Below, piece by piece: positions 42,685-52,130 of a stretch of DNA of 64,000 nt. Positions within the stretch are counted from its first letter, which is position 1. Each line of letters starts with the position of its first letter. The translations under genes and the position numbers were made by a program. The notes under the pieces are model-generated. The model did not search any database and was not told the origin of the DNA. It saw only the letters and a list, made by a program, of their open reading frames with translations. This DNA is from Isosphaeraceae bacterium (GTDB lineage Bacteria; Planctomycetota; Planctomycetia; Isosphaerales; Isosphaeraceae), in NCBI GenBank assembly GCA_965201075.1, contig CBDAVP010000004.1:124001-188000 (forward strand), read 5' to 3'.

Positions 42685-43991
42685 GAAGGGCTAAGGTCAA
42701 AGCTGCTGTGAAATACCCTGCCGCGCGACGGAACGACCTTGATCCCCAATCGCTCTCGGGCTGGCCCCAACGCGGCTTTCCATTGCGCGATGGGGTCGAG
42801 CCCCTGAATCGGGGACGGCTCGCCGACGGCGACAAGAGTGACCCACGCGCCGGGCCTCAGCGGCAAGCTTTCCACCAGGGCCGCGGTCGCCTCGGCGTGA
42901 CGGCCCGACGACGCGGCACCCGGCGGATCGGCCAGGATCGCCAGGTTCACGGCGATCCCGGCGGCGTCGAGGTCGGCCGCGATCGTTTGTAAGTTGTCAT
43001 CCGTCCACACCTTGCCGAACTTCGCGCGAAGGTCCGGGTCGCCCGATTCGATCCCTAGGGTCACACGGGTCAACCCCAGGCCCTTTAGTCTCAAGAGGTC
43101 GTCCACCCCAAACATCGGTGGCTCGAAGCGGTCGAGAAAAGTGGCGATGCCGTCGAGGCCCGGGGCGTCGTCGGGCAGGTCTCGGGGACGCCGGCCTCGG
43201 GCGCCCGGGAGCAGCGGGAAGGTCTGGGCGATGGCTTTGAGGCATTCAGCCAGGTGGTCCGGGGGGAGCCGAAGGACATCCGACCCTCCCAGGAAGACAT
43301 CCCGCAGTTGCAGAATTCCCCTTCCGAGCAGCGTGGCGACCTCCCGGGCATGCTGGGCGAATTCCGAAGGGTCGCGAATGTAGGTTCCTTCCCCATCGGG
43401 AGTGATCCTCCCCGAACCGAACGTCGCGGTCGGCCCTAGCGTCGCCTGGAGGATAACCGCCTGGTGGGCGTCGGGCGGGAGGTAGGGGGGCGGGCCATAG
43501 GTCGCCAGGAACCGCTCTCGGTGGGCAAACCAGGCTGAGGCGTCCCAGGCCAGCACCCTTTCCAGCAGGTCGCGCAGTTCCGAAGGGTCCAGCGGCTCGA
43601 TGCCCGGGGGCGGGGGGATCAGGTCGAATTGGCTTGATCCCAATTGGTCCAGAAGATCGATGGCCACCTGACGGGCGCGGGCGTCGAGGTCGGCGGCCTC
43701 GGCGAAGGGGAGCGGCCGGCGTTCCAGGGCCAGGGGGCCGGTCTCCCTCGTCCGGTCGACCGTGCGAACGGCTCCGTCGAGCCCCTTCAGAAAGTGCGCC
43801 CCCCCCACGAACGCCCGTTGCCAGCGCCCTTCCAGGTCAAAGTGGTAGATCGGCTCGTCGTCGAAATACAGAGAGAACGCCCCCCGCTTGCGACCGGCGA
43901 AGACGAGGGTGTCGCTCCTGCGAAGGCCAATCCGTCGGGTGTACATCGCCCCGTTCTGGAGCAGGGCGGCGGATTCGGTCGGTTCGGGCAT
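42642..43991 (-). CDS. radical SAM-fold protein lacking the CxxxCxxC motif
   Basis: LPPD..VILQATLG, VFLGGSD, GLTRVTLGIESGD, HAEATA; only one Cys in 449 aa; 3' end uncertain. Confidence 0.65.
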   Translation of the reverse strand: MPEPTESAALLQNGAMYTRRIGLRRSDTLVFAGRKRGAFSLYFDDEPIYHFDLEGRWQRAFVGGAHFLKGLDGAVRTVDRTRETGPLALERRPLPFAEAADLDARARQVAIDLLDQLGSSQFDLIPPPPGIEPLDPSELRDLLERVLAWDASAWFAHRERFLATYGPPPYLPPDAHQAVILQATLGPTATFGSGRITPDGEGTYIRDPSEFAQHAREVATLLGRGILQLRDVFLGGSDVLRLPPDHLAECLKAIAQTFPLLPGARGRRPRDLPDDAPGLDGIATFLDRFEPPMFGVDDLLRLKGLGLTRVTLGIESGDPDLRAKFGKVWTDDNLQTIAADLDAAGIAVNLAILADPPGAASSGRHAEATAALVESLPLRPGAWVTLVAVGEPSPIQGLDPIAQWKAALGPARERLGIKVVPSRGRVFHSSFDLSPSHRWPRPSPPRRRV

Positions 43992-44045
43992 GGCGGGGCG
44001 GGACCAGCAACAGGAGGCGGAATCGGGCTCAACGGGGGCGGGCTG

Positions 44046-45824
44046 ATGGAGTATACTCCCGCGCCCCCAGGACCGGGGACCCCGCCGCCGGAAGGAGTCG
44101 GAGCGTTGAGCCAGCCCCCATCCCCCGCCGTGTCCGCCGCTCGATCGACCTGGGTCGAGGCCGCGATGATCGTCGCGCTGGCCCTCACCTTGAACCTGGC
44201 GGGCAATGGCCGGACCGGGCTCTGGGACCGCGACGAGCCGCGTTATGCCACCTGCACCCGAGAGATGATCGGCCGGGGCGACTGGCTGCGCCCGACCTTC
44301 AACGACCAACCCCGCTACCACAAGCCGGTCCTGATCTACTGGCTGATGCGTGGAGGCGTGGCCCTGGGCGGCGACAACCCCTTTGGCGCCCGTTTGGTCT
44401 CGGCCCTGGCCGGCGTCGGCACGGTTTTGCTGACCTGGGGACTGGGCCGAAGCCTGTTCGGCCCCAACGCCGGGCGACTCGCCGCCGGAATGCTCGCCAC
44501 GGCGCCCATCGTCGTCGTCGAGTCGAAACTGGCCACCACCGACGCCACCCTCGCCTTCTTCGTCGTCGCCGGCATGGCCTGCCTTTGGAGACTCTCGAAA
44601 AGCCCCTCGGCCTGGGTCGCGGCGGGGTTCTGGACCTCGATGGCCCTGGCCACCTTGACCAAGGGGCCGATTGGCCTGGCCCTGGTGGCGGCGGCGGGCG
44701 GGGTCTCCTGGTGGTGGGGCGGACCGGCGCTTTGCTGGTCTCGACTGCGCTGGCAATGGGGACCGGCGCTGTTCGTCCTGCTGACGGCCCCGTGGTACGT
44801 GGCGATTGGCCTGGCCTCTCGGGGCGAGTTCTATCGATTCGCGATGGGAGCCCAGGGCCTCGGGCGACTGACCGGCGGCGTCGAGCAGCACGGGGCGCCC
44901 CCAGGCTACTACGCAGCGCTCTCGGCGGTGCTGTTCTACCCGTGGTCGGCCCTGCTGCCGGCGGCGATCCTGGGGGCCTGGTCTCGCCGCAAACTCCGTC
45001 CGGAATTCGGTTTCCTGCTGGGCTGGACGGTCGGCCCCTGGCTCTTGCTGGAAACCGTGCCGACCAAGCTGATCCATTACTACCTGCCCGCCTTCCCGGC
45101 CTGCGCCCTGCTGGCGGCCTGGCTAGTCGGGGCGGTCGCGGCCGAGGGGGCGTCCCTCCGTCGCTGGCCCCTGGGACGCCTGGCCTTTGGGCTGCTCGCG
45201 GGTCTCGGAGGGGCGTTCGTCGTGGCCCTGGCCGGTCTAGGGCTGATGGCGTCGTGGTCGATCCCGGGGATGACCCGCCTGCCGACGCCGATGGCCGCGC
45301 CGTCGTTGGCCTCGGCCCTGGCGATGGCCATTGGGCTCGTCCTGGCCTTGACGTTTTTCCAACGAGGACGGGCCGGCCGGGGAGCCTCGACGTTGGTGGC
45401 GACCTGGGCGTTGGTGATGGCGATCGTGGGCGCCGGGCTCTTTCCCGCCGCCGAGCCGTTGCGGATCAGTCGGGTCGTGGGCGAGCGCCTGGCCTTGGCC
45501 TCACGCACGAGCGGGGCCGTCGCGATGGTCGGCAACTTCCAACCGCCAGGGATCATCTATGCGCTGGGCCACCCCGCGCCGGTCATCGCCCGCCGAGACG
45601 ACCTGATTCGCCAGGTTCGCCAACACCCGGCGGTGGTGGCGTTGCTGGACTGGGAAGTCGAGCAGTTCCGCGATGACCCCCGCCTGGCCGTTCGGGTCGT
45701 CGAGACCGTTCGCGGCGTCGACATGGAGAAGGCTCGGCCCAAGACCTTGCGACTCACCGTCTTGCGGTCCTCTTCGTCAACCGCCGCGACCGAAACCCCC
45801 GGCGAGGACTTCTTCGTAAAGTAA
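44046..45824 (+). CDS. ArnT/GT39-family membrane glycosyltransferase
   Basis: LWDRDEPRYA, PTFNDQPRYHKPVLIYWL, ATTD, LTKGPIG, TKLIHYYLP. Confidence 0.9.
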   Translation: MEYTPAPPGPGTPPPEGVGALSQPPSPAVSAARSTWVEAAMIVALALTLNLAGNGRTGLWDRDEPRYATCTREMIGRGDWLRPTFNDQPRYHKPVLIYWLMRGGVALGGDNPFGARLVSALAGVGTVLLTWGLGRSLFGPNAGRLAAGMLATAPIVVVESKLATTDATLAFFVVAGMACLWRLSKSPSAWVAAGFWTSMALATLTKGPIGLALVAAAGGVSWWWGGPALCWSRLRWQWGPALFVLLTAPWYVAIGLASRGEFYRFAMGAQGLGRLTGGVEQHGAPPGYYAALSAVLFYPWSALLPAAILGAWSRRKLRPEFGFLLGWTVGPWLLLETVPTKLIHYYLPAFPACALLAAWLVGAVAAEGASLRRWPLGRLAFGLLAGLGGAFVVALAGLGLMASWSIPGMTRLPTPMAAPSLASALAMAIGLVLALTFFQRGRAGRGASTLVATWALVMAIVGAGLFPAAEPLRISRVVGERLALASRTSGAVAMVGNFQPPGIIYALGHPAPVIARRDDLIRQVRQHPAVVALLDWEVEQFRDDPRLAVRVVETVRGVDMEKARPKTLRLTVLRSSSSTAATETPGEDFFVK

Positions 45825-46949
45825 GCGCAACTGCTCGGTCATGGTCTCGTGGCGGAACTGGTCGGCGAACCGTCGTCGTCCTTCCTCGCCCATGTCCCGT
45901 CGACGTCGCGGGTCGGCGGCCAGGGCCAGAATCGCGGTGGCCAGACCGTCGAGGTCCCGGGGTTTCAAGAGGTAGCCGGTCTCGGGCCGAACGACCTCGC
46001 GAGCCCCGTCGATGTCGTAGCTAACGACCGGCCGACCCACCAGCAGTGCCTGCGGGAGGACCCTCGCCAAGCCCTCTCGCAAACTCGGGTGGACCACCGC
46101 GTCGACGGCGCCGAGGAGTTCGGGGATGCGGTCCGGAGGGACCAGGCCGGTGAACTTCAACGCGTGGCCGACCCCCCGACGCTCGGCCTCGTCCTGCAAA
46201 GTCTGGCGGAGGATGCCGTCGCCGATGAAGACGAACCGGACGTTGGGATTTTCGGCCAGGATGCGTGGGGCAACGGCCAGAATGTCGTCGTGCCCCTTGC
46301 GCTCGAACAGGCGGGCGACCGTGGCGAAGGCGACCTCGCCATCGGCCATCCCCAATTCCCGACGCACCTCGTCCCGGGGCCGGGCCGGTTGGAGGAAGGC
46401 GTCGACGTCCATGCCGCTGTAAACCGTTCGATATTGCTCGGCACGGCCCACCCCTGCGGCCAGGGCCTGCTGGGCCATCGCGTCGCAGACCCCGACGATC
46501 GCGTGGCAGCGACGGGCCGCCCAGCGCTCCAGGCCGACATACAGGCGATTCTTCGTCGCGGTCTCCGACGGCCCGAACGGCAGGCCGTGGATCGTGTGGA
46601 CGACCGCCGGCACCCGTTCGTCCCAGGCTGCGGCGCGACCGAGGATGCCGGCCTTGGAACTGTGGGTGTGGACGACCTGAGGGGCCAGGCGGCGGATGGC
46701 CGTTCGCAAGAGTCGGTAGGCCCGGACGTCGGTGGCCGGCCGGATCGCCCGGATAAGTTCGGGCATCACCTCGACCTTCAAACCCCGACGCCCGGCCTTG
46801 CCGAAGAGGTCCCCCTCGGGCCCCTCGGCCGGGCCGGTGATCAGCGTGACGTCGTCGCCGTGACGGTGGTGCAGCCCGTCCACTGTCAGCAAGGTGTTTT
46901 CCTGGGCCCCCCCGAGGATCAGGCGGGTGATGACGTGAACGATGCGCAT
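45777..46949 (-). CDS. glycosyltransferase family 4
   Basis: HVITRLILGGAQ, HTHSSKAG, HTIHG, RKGHD, EGLARVLPQAL. Confidence 0.93.
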   Translation of the reverse strand: MRIVHVITRLILGGAQENTLLTVDGLHHRHGDDVTLITGPAEGPEGDLFGKAGRRGLKVEVMPELIRAIRPATDVRAYRLLRTAIRRLAPQVVHTHSSKAGILGRAAAWDERVPAVVHTIHGLPFGPSETATKNRLYVGLERWAARRCHAIVGVCDAMAQQALAAGVGRAEQYRTVYSGMDVDAFLQPARPRDEVRRELGMADGEVAFATVARLFERKGHDDILAVAPRILAENPNVRFVFIGDGILRQTLQDEAERRGVGHALKFTGLVPPDRIPELLGAVDAVVHPSLREGLARVLPQALLVGRPVVSYDIDGAREVVRPETGYLLKPRDLDGLATAILALAADPRRRRDMGEEGRRRFADQFRHETMTEQLRLLYEEVLAGGFGRGG

Positions 46950-46976
46950 CGAGGTCGACTCAACCCGTTCGCCGGT

Positions 46977-47804
46977 TCAGGCTTCGGGCTTCTCCATCTT
47001 CTCCTCGTCGGCGTCGTCCCCACCCTCGGCCTTCTTGGATTTCGCCTTGGGCTCATCGTCATCGTCGGCGTCATCGTCGGCGGGCTTGGGTTTGGCTTTC
47101 TTGGCCTTGGGCTCATCGTCATCGTCGGCGTCATCGTCGGCAGGCTTGGGTTTGGCTTTCTTGGCCTTGGGCTCATCGTCATCGTCGGCGTCATCGTCGG
47201 CGGGCTTGGGCTTGGGCTTGGGTTTCGACTTGGCCTTGGGCTCGTCGTCGTCATCATCCGCGGCGGGCTTGGAAGCGGTGAGCTTGAACGAGTCGAGGTA
47301 GCGGTCGGCCGAGGGGTCGTCCACCTGCTCCTTCTTGCCCAGGACCTGAAGCTGGTACAGGCGGTTCTTCACCAGGTAGACGCGGGCCTTGCCGCCGCCT
47401 CCGGGGATCGGGCCGCCGACCTTGGGGAAGTCGAACTCAAATTCGCGGCCGGGGTTGCCGTCGAGTTCGATCTTGGAGTCGCTGACCAGCTCCCCCTTGA
47501 CGTTGCCGATCGCCCCGGACTGGGCGCCGTCGAGCATCTGCTGGGGGTCGTTCTTGGCGACGTAGTCCTCGGGGTAGTCGGCGTAGGAGGCGAAGTAGGC
47601 GACGCCGTCTTGCTCGACGATGTACATCTGCAACTCAATCGGCCCCAGGGGGGTCGGCACCGAGAGTTCCTTGCGGGTGGGGCTGGCAGGCATGACCACC
47701 GAGAAGCCGCCGTCCTTGGAGGTGAACGGCTTGCGGCGGGGCGAGGGGTCGTCGGCAAGGGCCGGCGCCGCCAGGACCAGGGCGACGAGCCAGGCGTTTC
47801 TCAT
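46977..47804 (-). CDS. secreted hypothetical protein with alternating acidic/basic C-terminal repeats
   Basis: Signal peptide MRNAWLVALVLAAPALA; globular domain (FTSKDGGFSVVMP...RLYQL...YLDSFKL); tail of PADDDADDDDEPKAKKAKPK repeats. Confidence 0.75.
   Translation of the reverse strand: MRNAWLVALVLAAPALADDPSPRRKPFTSKDGGFSVVMPASPTRKELSVPTPLGPIELQMYIVEQDGVAYFASYADYPEDYVAKNDPQQMLDGAQSGAIGNVKGELVSDSKIELDGNPGREFEFDFPKVGGPIPGGGGKARVYLVKNRLYQLQVLGKKEQVDDPSADRYLDSFKLTASKPAADDDDDEPKAKSKPKPKPKPADDDADDDDEPKAKKAKPKPADDDADDDDEPKAKKAKPKPADDDADDDDEPKAKSKKAEGGDDADEEKMEKPEA
47044..47270. repeat. 60-bp coding tandem repeat (three near-perfect copies plus one degenerate)
   Basis: GCCTTGGGCTCATCGTCATCGTCGGCGTCATCGTCGGC... 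starts at 47044, 47104 and 47164. Confidence 0.9.
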
Positions 47805-47823
47805 CGGCGGGAACTCCGGGGGC

Positions 47824-48564
47824 TCAGGGGTAGCGGACGTGGACCAGGAACAACCCTTGCGGCGGCGCCGTGGGACCGGCCACCTCGCGGTCCTCGGCCT
47901 GGAGGATCGCCGAGACGCGCGAGGGCGTCCACTTCCCCGAGCCGACGTAGGCCAGGGTGCCGGCGATCGTGCGGACCATGTTATACAGGAAACCGTCGGC
48001 CTCAACCTCCAGGATCACGTCCTTTCCCGATCGATTCACCTGAATCTCAAAAATCGTCCGGACGCTGCTCGCCCGGTTGGGCCACTGGGTTTCGAAGCTG
48101 TGGAAGTCATGGCGGCCGGCCAGAGACTGCGCCCCCTCGTGCATCGCCTCGGCGTCGAGGCGTCGGTGCAGGTGCCAGGCATAGCGCACGCGGAACGGGT
48201 CGGCGTACGGCCCGTTGTCGAAGACATAGCGATACCGCTTGCTCCGGGCGTCGACCGTCGAGTGAAACGCCTGGGGCATGTCCGTGGCGTCGAGGATTCG
48301 CAAGTCCTTGGGAAGAGTGGCGTTGAGCGCCTTGACGAACGTCTCGGGCGGGTAGGGCGACGCGGTGTAAAAATGAACGACCTGGGCCAGGGCATGGACC
48401 CCCGAGTCGGTCCGGCCGCTGGCGTTGGTGGCCGGCATGACTCCACCATTAAGCGGCGCCAGGGTCTCTTCCAGCACCTGCTGCACGGTTCGCTCGCCCG
48501 GCTGGCGCTGCCAGCCGGCGAAGTCGGTTCCGTCGTAGGCGAGCAGAAGTTTGAGGTTGCGCAT
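47824..48564 (-). CDS. truA: tRNA pseudouridine(38-40) synthase
   Basis: AYDGTDFAGWQRQ, SGRTDSGVHA, GRHDFHSF, FLYNMVR, TAPPQGL. Confidence 0.97.
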   Translation of the reverse strand: MRNLKLLLAYDGTDFAGWQRQPGERTVQQVLEETLAPLNGGVMPATNASGRTDSGVHALAQVVHFYTASPYPPETFVKALNATLPKDLRILDATDMPQAFHSTVDARSKRYRYVFDNGPYADPFRVRYAWHLHRRLDAEAMHEGAQSLAGRHDFHSFETQWPNRASSVRTIFEIQVNRSGKDVILEVEADGFLYNMVRTIAGTLAYVGSGKWTPSRVSAILQAEDREVAGPTAPPQGLFLVHVRYP

Positions 48565-48582
48565 TGGCGGATGAATGGTCGG

Positions 48583-49323
48583 TCAGCGGGTCGGCAGGGC
48601 CTCGGCCAGCCAGGCTTGCTGTCGGGAAATCAACGAGGCGCCTCCGCCGCGGTCGCTCCGCTCGACGACGACGCCAATGAGAACCGGTCGGACCTGGCCG
48701 TCGGTGCCTTTCCGCAGGTAGAACACCCCGCCGCCGGAGTCTCCGGGAATCGGCCGGTACGCCGATCCCCATTCGAGCCATCGGGGGTTGGCGTAGTTGC
48801 CGGCGCGGACGGCGTGCTCGGTCCCTCGGGCGTCGAAGGCGCGCACCGCCAAAGTCTGGCCGGCGGGCCCGGGGATGGGGCGCTCGGCCACGACTTCGGC
48901 GGTCCGCAGTTCCCGAAACGCCGCCGAACGGGCCGAACGGGGCTCGACTCTCAAGCGGACCACTGCGTTGTCGGCGCCGGGCGCCTCTCGGAGCGGCCCG
49001 TCTCGATAAGACGGGTTCCTCGACAGGCTCAAGACCGTCGCCCCCCACGTTTCGCCCCGGCCGCCGGGCCTCACCAGCGCCGGGCCGTCGACGTCCTCGG
49101 GGTTCAGGCAGTGAGCGGCCGTCAGCAGGGTGAGCGACGCCTCTTGCCGGTCCAACACCGTGGCGCGGAACAGGCGGCGGACATTGCCCCGGTCGATCTC
49201 GACGGACACCTGGGTCTTCAACAGGTCGGGCGTCGGGTCCTCGGCCATCCCCCGGGCCAGCGGGGCGGCAAAGGTCAAAACGAAAGTGAGGCGCAAGGCG
49301 GCGAGGGGCGTCGTCGTCGGCAT
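48583..49323 (-). CDS. secreted trypsin-like serine protease
   Basis: Signal-like N-terminus; LLTAAHC (His), ADNAVV (Asp), PGDSGGGV (Ser). Confidence 0.75.
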   Translation of the reverse strand: MPTTTPLAALRLTFVLTFAAPLARGMAEDPTPDLLKTQVSVEIDRGNVRRLFRATVLDRQEASLTLLTAAHCLNPEDVDGPALVRPGGRGETWGATVLSLSRNPSYRDGPLREAPGADNAVVRLRVEPRSARSAAFRELRTAEVVAERPIPGPAGQTLAVRAFDARGTEHAVRAGNYANPRWLEWGSAYRPIPGDSGGGVFYLRKGTDGQVRPVLIGVVVERSDRGGGASLISRQQAWLAEALPTR

Positions 49324-49349
49324 CTCGGCGAGTCTCCGGGCGGGGGGGA

Positions 49350-50378
49350 TCAGGCCCCGACCGGGGCGGCAGTGGCGACCGTCGTTAGCAACGCCTCGGC
49401 GATCTGGACGGCGTTGGTCGCCGCTCCCTTGCGGAGGTTGTCGCTAACGCACCAGAACAAAAGGGCATCGGACCGATGCAAATCCTGGCGAATCCGTCCC
49501 ACGAACACCTCATCCCGGCCATCGGCGGCGGCCGGCAGCGGGTAGCTTCGGGACGACGGGTCGTCCACCACCACGATCCCCGGCGCCTTGGACCAAAGCT
49601 CTCGGGCTTCCTCGGGCGTCAAGGGGCGGCCGGTCTCGACCAGGACTGACTCGCTGTGAGAGTTGGCCACCGGCACCCGGACACACGTCGGGCAAACGTC
49701 GATGGAGTCGTCCCCCATGATCTTCCGGGTCTCATTGACCATCTTGAGCTCCTCCTTGGTGTAGCCCGAAGGGAGGAAGTCGTCGATTTGGGGAACCAGG
49801 TTGAAGGCGATCGGGTGGGCGAACTTCGAGGGCAAAGGCGCGGCCTCGCCCCGGGCGTGGGCCCTCACCTGGGCATTCAGTTCGTCGATCCCCTTTTGCC
49901 CGGCTCCCGAAACGGCCTGGTAGGTGCTGACGACCACCCGGCGGACCCGGGCCGCGTCGTGCAACGGCTTCAGCGCCACGACTAATTGAATGGTCGAGCA
50001 ATTGGGGTTGGCGATGATGCCTCGATGGCCGGCAATGGCTTCGGGATTCACCTCGGGGACCACCAAGGGGACGGCCGGGTCCATCCGGAAGGCGCTGGAG
50101 TTGTCCACCACGACGGCGCCGGCCTCGGCGGCCAGGGGGCTAAACTCCTTCGAGACCGAGGCCGGGACGCTCGACAGGACGATATCAACGCCCCGAAACG
50201 CCGAGGCCGTCAGGGATTGGAGCGGGTGGGACTCGCCTCGAAAGGTTAACGTCCGCCCGGCGCCGCGGTCCGAGGCGAGGAATTTGATCGAGCCGACGGG
50301 AAAGTCCCGCTCCTGGAGCAGCCGGACCATCATGCTCCCCACGGCCCCGCTGGCCCCAACCACGGCAACGCTCTTCAC
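49350..50378 (-). CDS. asd: aspartate-semialdehyde dehydrogenase
   Basis: VAVVGASGAVG, DNSSAFR, IIANPNCSTIQ, STYQAVSGAG, CVRVPV..HSE, DNLRKGAATNA. Confidence 0.97.
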   Translation of the reverse strand: MKSVAVVGASGAVGSMMVRLLQERDFPVGSIKFLASDRGAGRTLTFRGESHPLQSLTASAFRGVDIVLSSVPASVSKEFSPLAAEAGAVVVDNSSAFRMDPAVPLVVPEVNPEAIAGHRGIIANPNCSTIQLVVALKPLHDAARVRRVVVSTYQAVSGAGQKGIDELNAQVRAHARGEAAPLPSKFAHPIAFNLVPQIDDFLPSGYTKEELKMVNETRKIMGDDSIDVCPTCVRVPVANSHSESVLVETGRPLTPEEARELWSKAPGIVVVDDPSSRSYPLPAAADGRDEVFVGRIRQDLHRSDALLFWCVSDNLRKGAATNAVQIAEALLTTVATAAPVGA

Positions 50379-50559
50379 GGCGACTCCCCCTCCCCTAACC
50401 CAGGCGGACCCGACCCCAAGGCGAAGGGGCCATCATACCCGCCCGCCTCGCGCTTACCAACGCCAGGCACGACCGTGTCGGCTGGGCGGCAGCGGCGGGG
50501 CCGAGGTCGTCCGGCGGCACTTCCGCCCGGAGCTGATCCTCGCCCGGGACTGAGAACGG

Positions 50560-52107
50560 TCAGGGCCGAGCGGTAGTCTTGGGAGGGGCTAGCCGGGATT
50601 GGTGGACGGCCCAGGGTCGGAGCTTCGGCCCAACGCGAGGCTGGGATCGCCGCCACAAGGTGAATCCCACGATGCCGAGGACGGTCAGCACGCCTAGGGG
50701 CGCCAGTTCGGGCGTCCAACCCGGAACCAGTGCGGCCTTCGCCGGAGGGGGCTCGACGCGGTCCGCTTCGGCTCCGGCGTCCAGGTGGTAGCCGTCGCCT
50801 CGGCGATGCCATTGGGCGCGGAAGGTCCGGGCCAGGTAGCCCATCTCTTCACGCAGGACCAGGCCCGGGTTGACGCCGGATTGGCGGCAACGGCCGAAGA
50901 ACGGCGCGGCCGTCAGTGGAATGCCGGACTGCTTGGTGTAGGAGGCCAGGACCTCGGGGATCGCCGTCGGTTGCTCGAACCGGGCATCGACTCGGGCAGC
51001 CAGCCGGAGGTCGTCGGGGAAGGCGGGTGGGGGCGGCCCCAACGTTTCTCGGTAGTAGCGACGAACATCGGGCCCGCCGAAGGTCTCGGCATAGACGTAA
51101 TAGCCGGCGCCCCGACGGACCCAGGCCGCGCTCCCGGTGACGATCATCTCGGTCAGCGCGTCGCGTAGCGACTGCTCTTTTCGGTCGCAGGTCATCCCTC
51201 TGTTGGGGAGGTCGAACTGGGGTGAAGCGTCCAGGGGCACGTCCACCTGCCGCCGGAGGTCGTCGAAGACGCGGCGCAACAGGGTGGGCTGGAGGTACTC
51301 CAGGACGACCGGCGCGTCCAGTCGAGGGTCGTCCGGGGCGACGCGGTCGTCGGGCAAGCCGAGCACCCGACGGATGGCCTCTCGCTGAGGGTCGGAGGCT
51401 CGACGAGGCTGGAGATCGTGACGATAATACTCGTTAAGCGACCACCGGAGGGCATCGCGGTAACCGCTCGCCGGATGAATTTCGAGCAGATGCGCAGCAT
51501 CCATCAGCGTCGATTTGTCCAGACTGAGGAGTTGACCGGTCCTCAAAAAACGGCCGAACTCAGAGCCTCGAATCGCCAACTGGACATCGACATCCTCTTC
51601 GTTCGACGCGTCGATATGAACCTCGATCAAGTTGGAGCGGTAATAGCCATCGAGTTTCGCACCATCGGCAAAAGTGGCCTGGATCGGGACGCGGACATCG
51701 ACGAGGTAGATACCCGGTTTCGGGAAGGCGAGGTCAAGGAGGACAGATCCATCCGTACTTCGCCGAATATTATGCATGGCTCGAAGTTGATAAAGCCACG
51801 GTCGACTAGGTTCCAGGGTTGCGGCCTTCCATAACAACGTTTTCGTTAATCCAGTTTGATCGATGATTGAATGAGGCTTTCCCTTCTCACTGATATAGAT
51901 CTCAAGGTAGTCGGGGGGAGGCCGATAGCCACGGGCAATTCGGGTTCCGTCGTTGCGCACAGAGATATCCAAAACAACCGGCTCGGCGATCAAGTAACTG
52001 TTGTGAGGCGTTGACAAGCTTACGGACACCTGCGCCGTTGCGACCGGACCGAGTAAAGCGAGAACGCTTAGTACCTGCGGGCCAATGACGCGAAACAGGT
52101 TAAACAT
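50560..52107 (-). CDS. hypothetical exported protein with two internal repeats and a C-terminal membrane anchor
   Basis: Signal peptide ending ...GPVATA; repeats PDDPRLDAPV...LRRQVDVPLDASP and PDDLRLAARV...YTKQSGIPLTAAP; WTPELAPLGVLTVLGIVGFTLWRR; GGAGG Shine-Dalgarno. Confidence 0.75.
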   Translation of the reverse strand: MFNLFRVIGPQVLSVLALLGPVATAQVSVSLSTPHNSYLIAEPVVLDISVRNDGTRIARGYRPPPDYLEIYISEKGKPHSIIDQTGLTKTLLWKAATLEPSRPWLYQLRAMHNIRRSTDGSVLLDLAFPKPGIYLVDVRVPIQATFADGAKLDGYYRSNLIEVHIDASNEEDVDVQLAIRGSEFGRFLRTGQLLSLDKSTLMDAAHLLEIHPASGYRDALRWSLNEYYRHDLQPRRASDPQREAIRRVLGLPDDRVAPDDPRLDAPVVLEYLQPTLLRRVFDDLRRQVDVPLDASPQFDLPNRGMTCDRKEQSLRDALTEMIVTGSAAWVRRGAGYYVYAETFGGPDVRRYYRETLGPPPPAFPDDLRLAARVDARFEQPTAIPEVLASYTKQSGIPLTAAPFFGRCRQSGVNPGLVLREEMGYLARTFRAQWHRRGDGYHLDAGAEADRVEPPPAKAALVPGWTPELAPLGVLTVLGIVGFTLWRRSQPRVGPKLRPWAVHQSRLAPPKTTARP

Positions 52108-52130
52108 GAGTTGGACCTCCCGCCACTGAC

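Noticed and set aside
43992..45077. 5' extension of ORF 42642-45077 to 811 aa
   Set aside because: The extension is antisense to the ArnT-family gene; protein-like sequence begins at ATG 43991.
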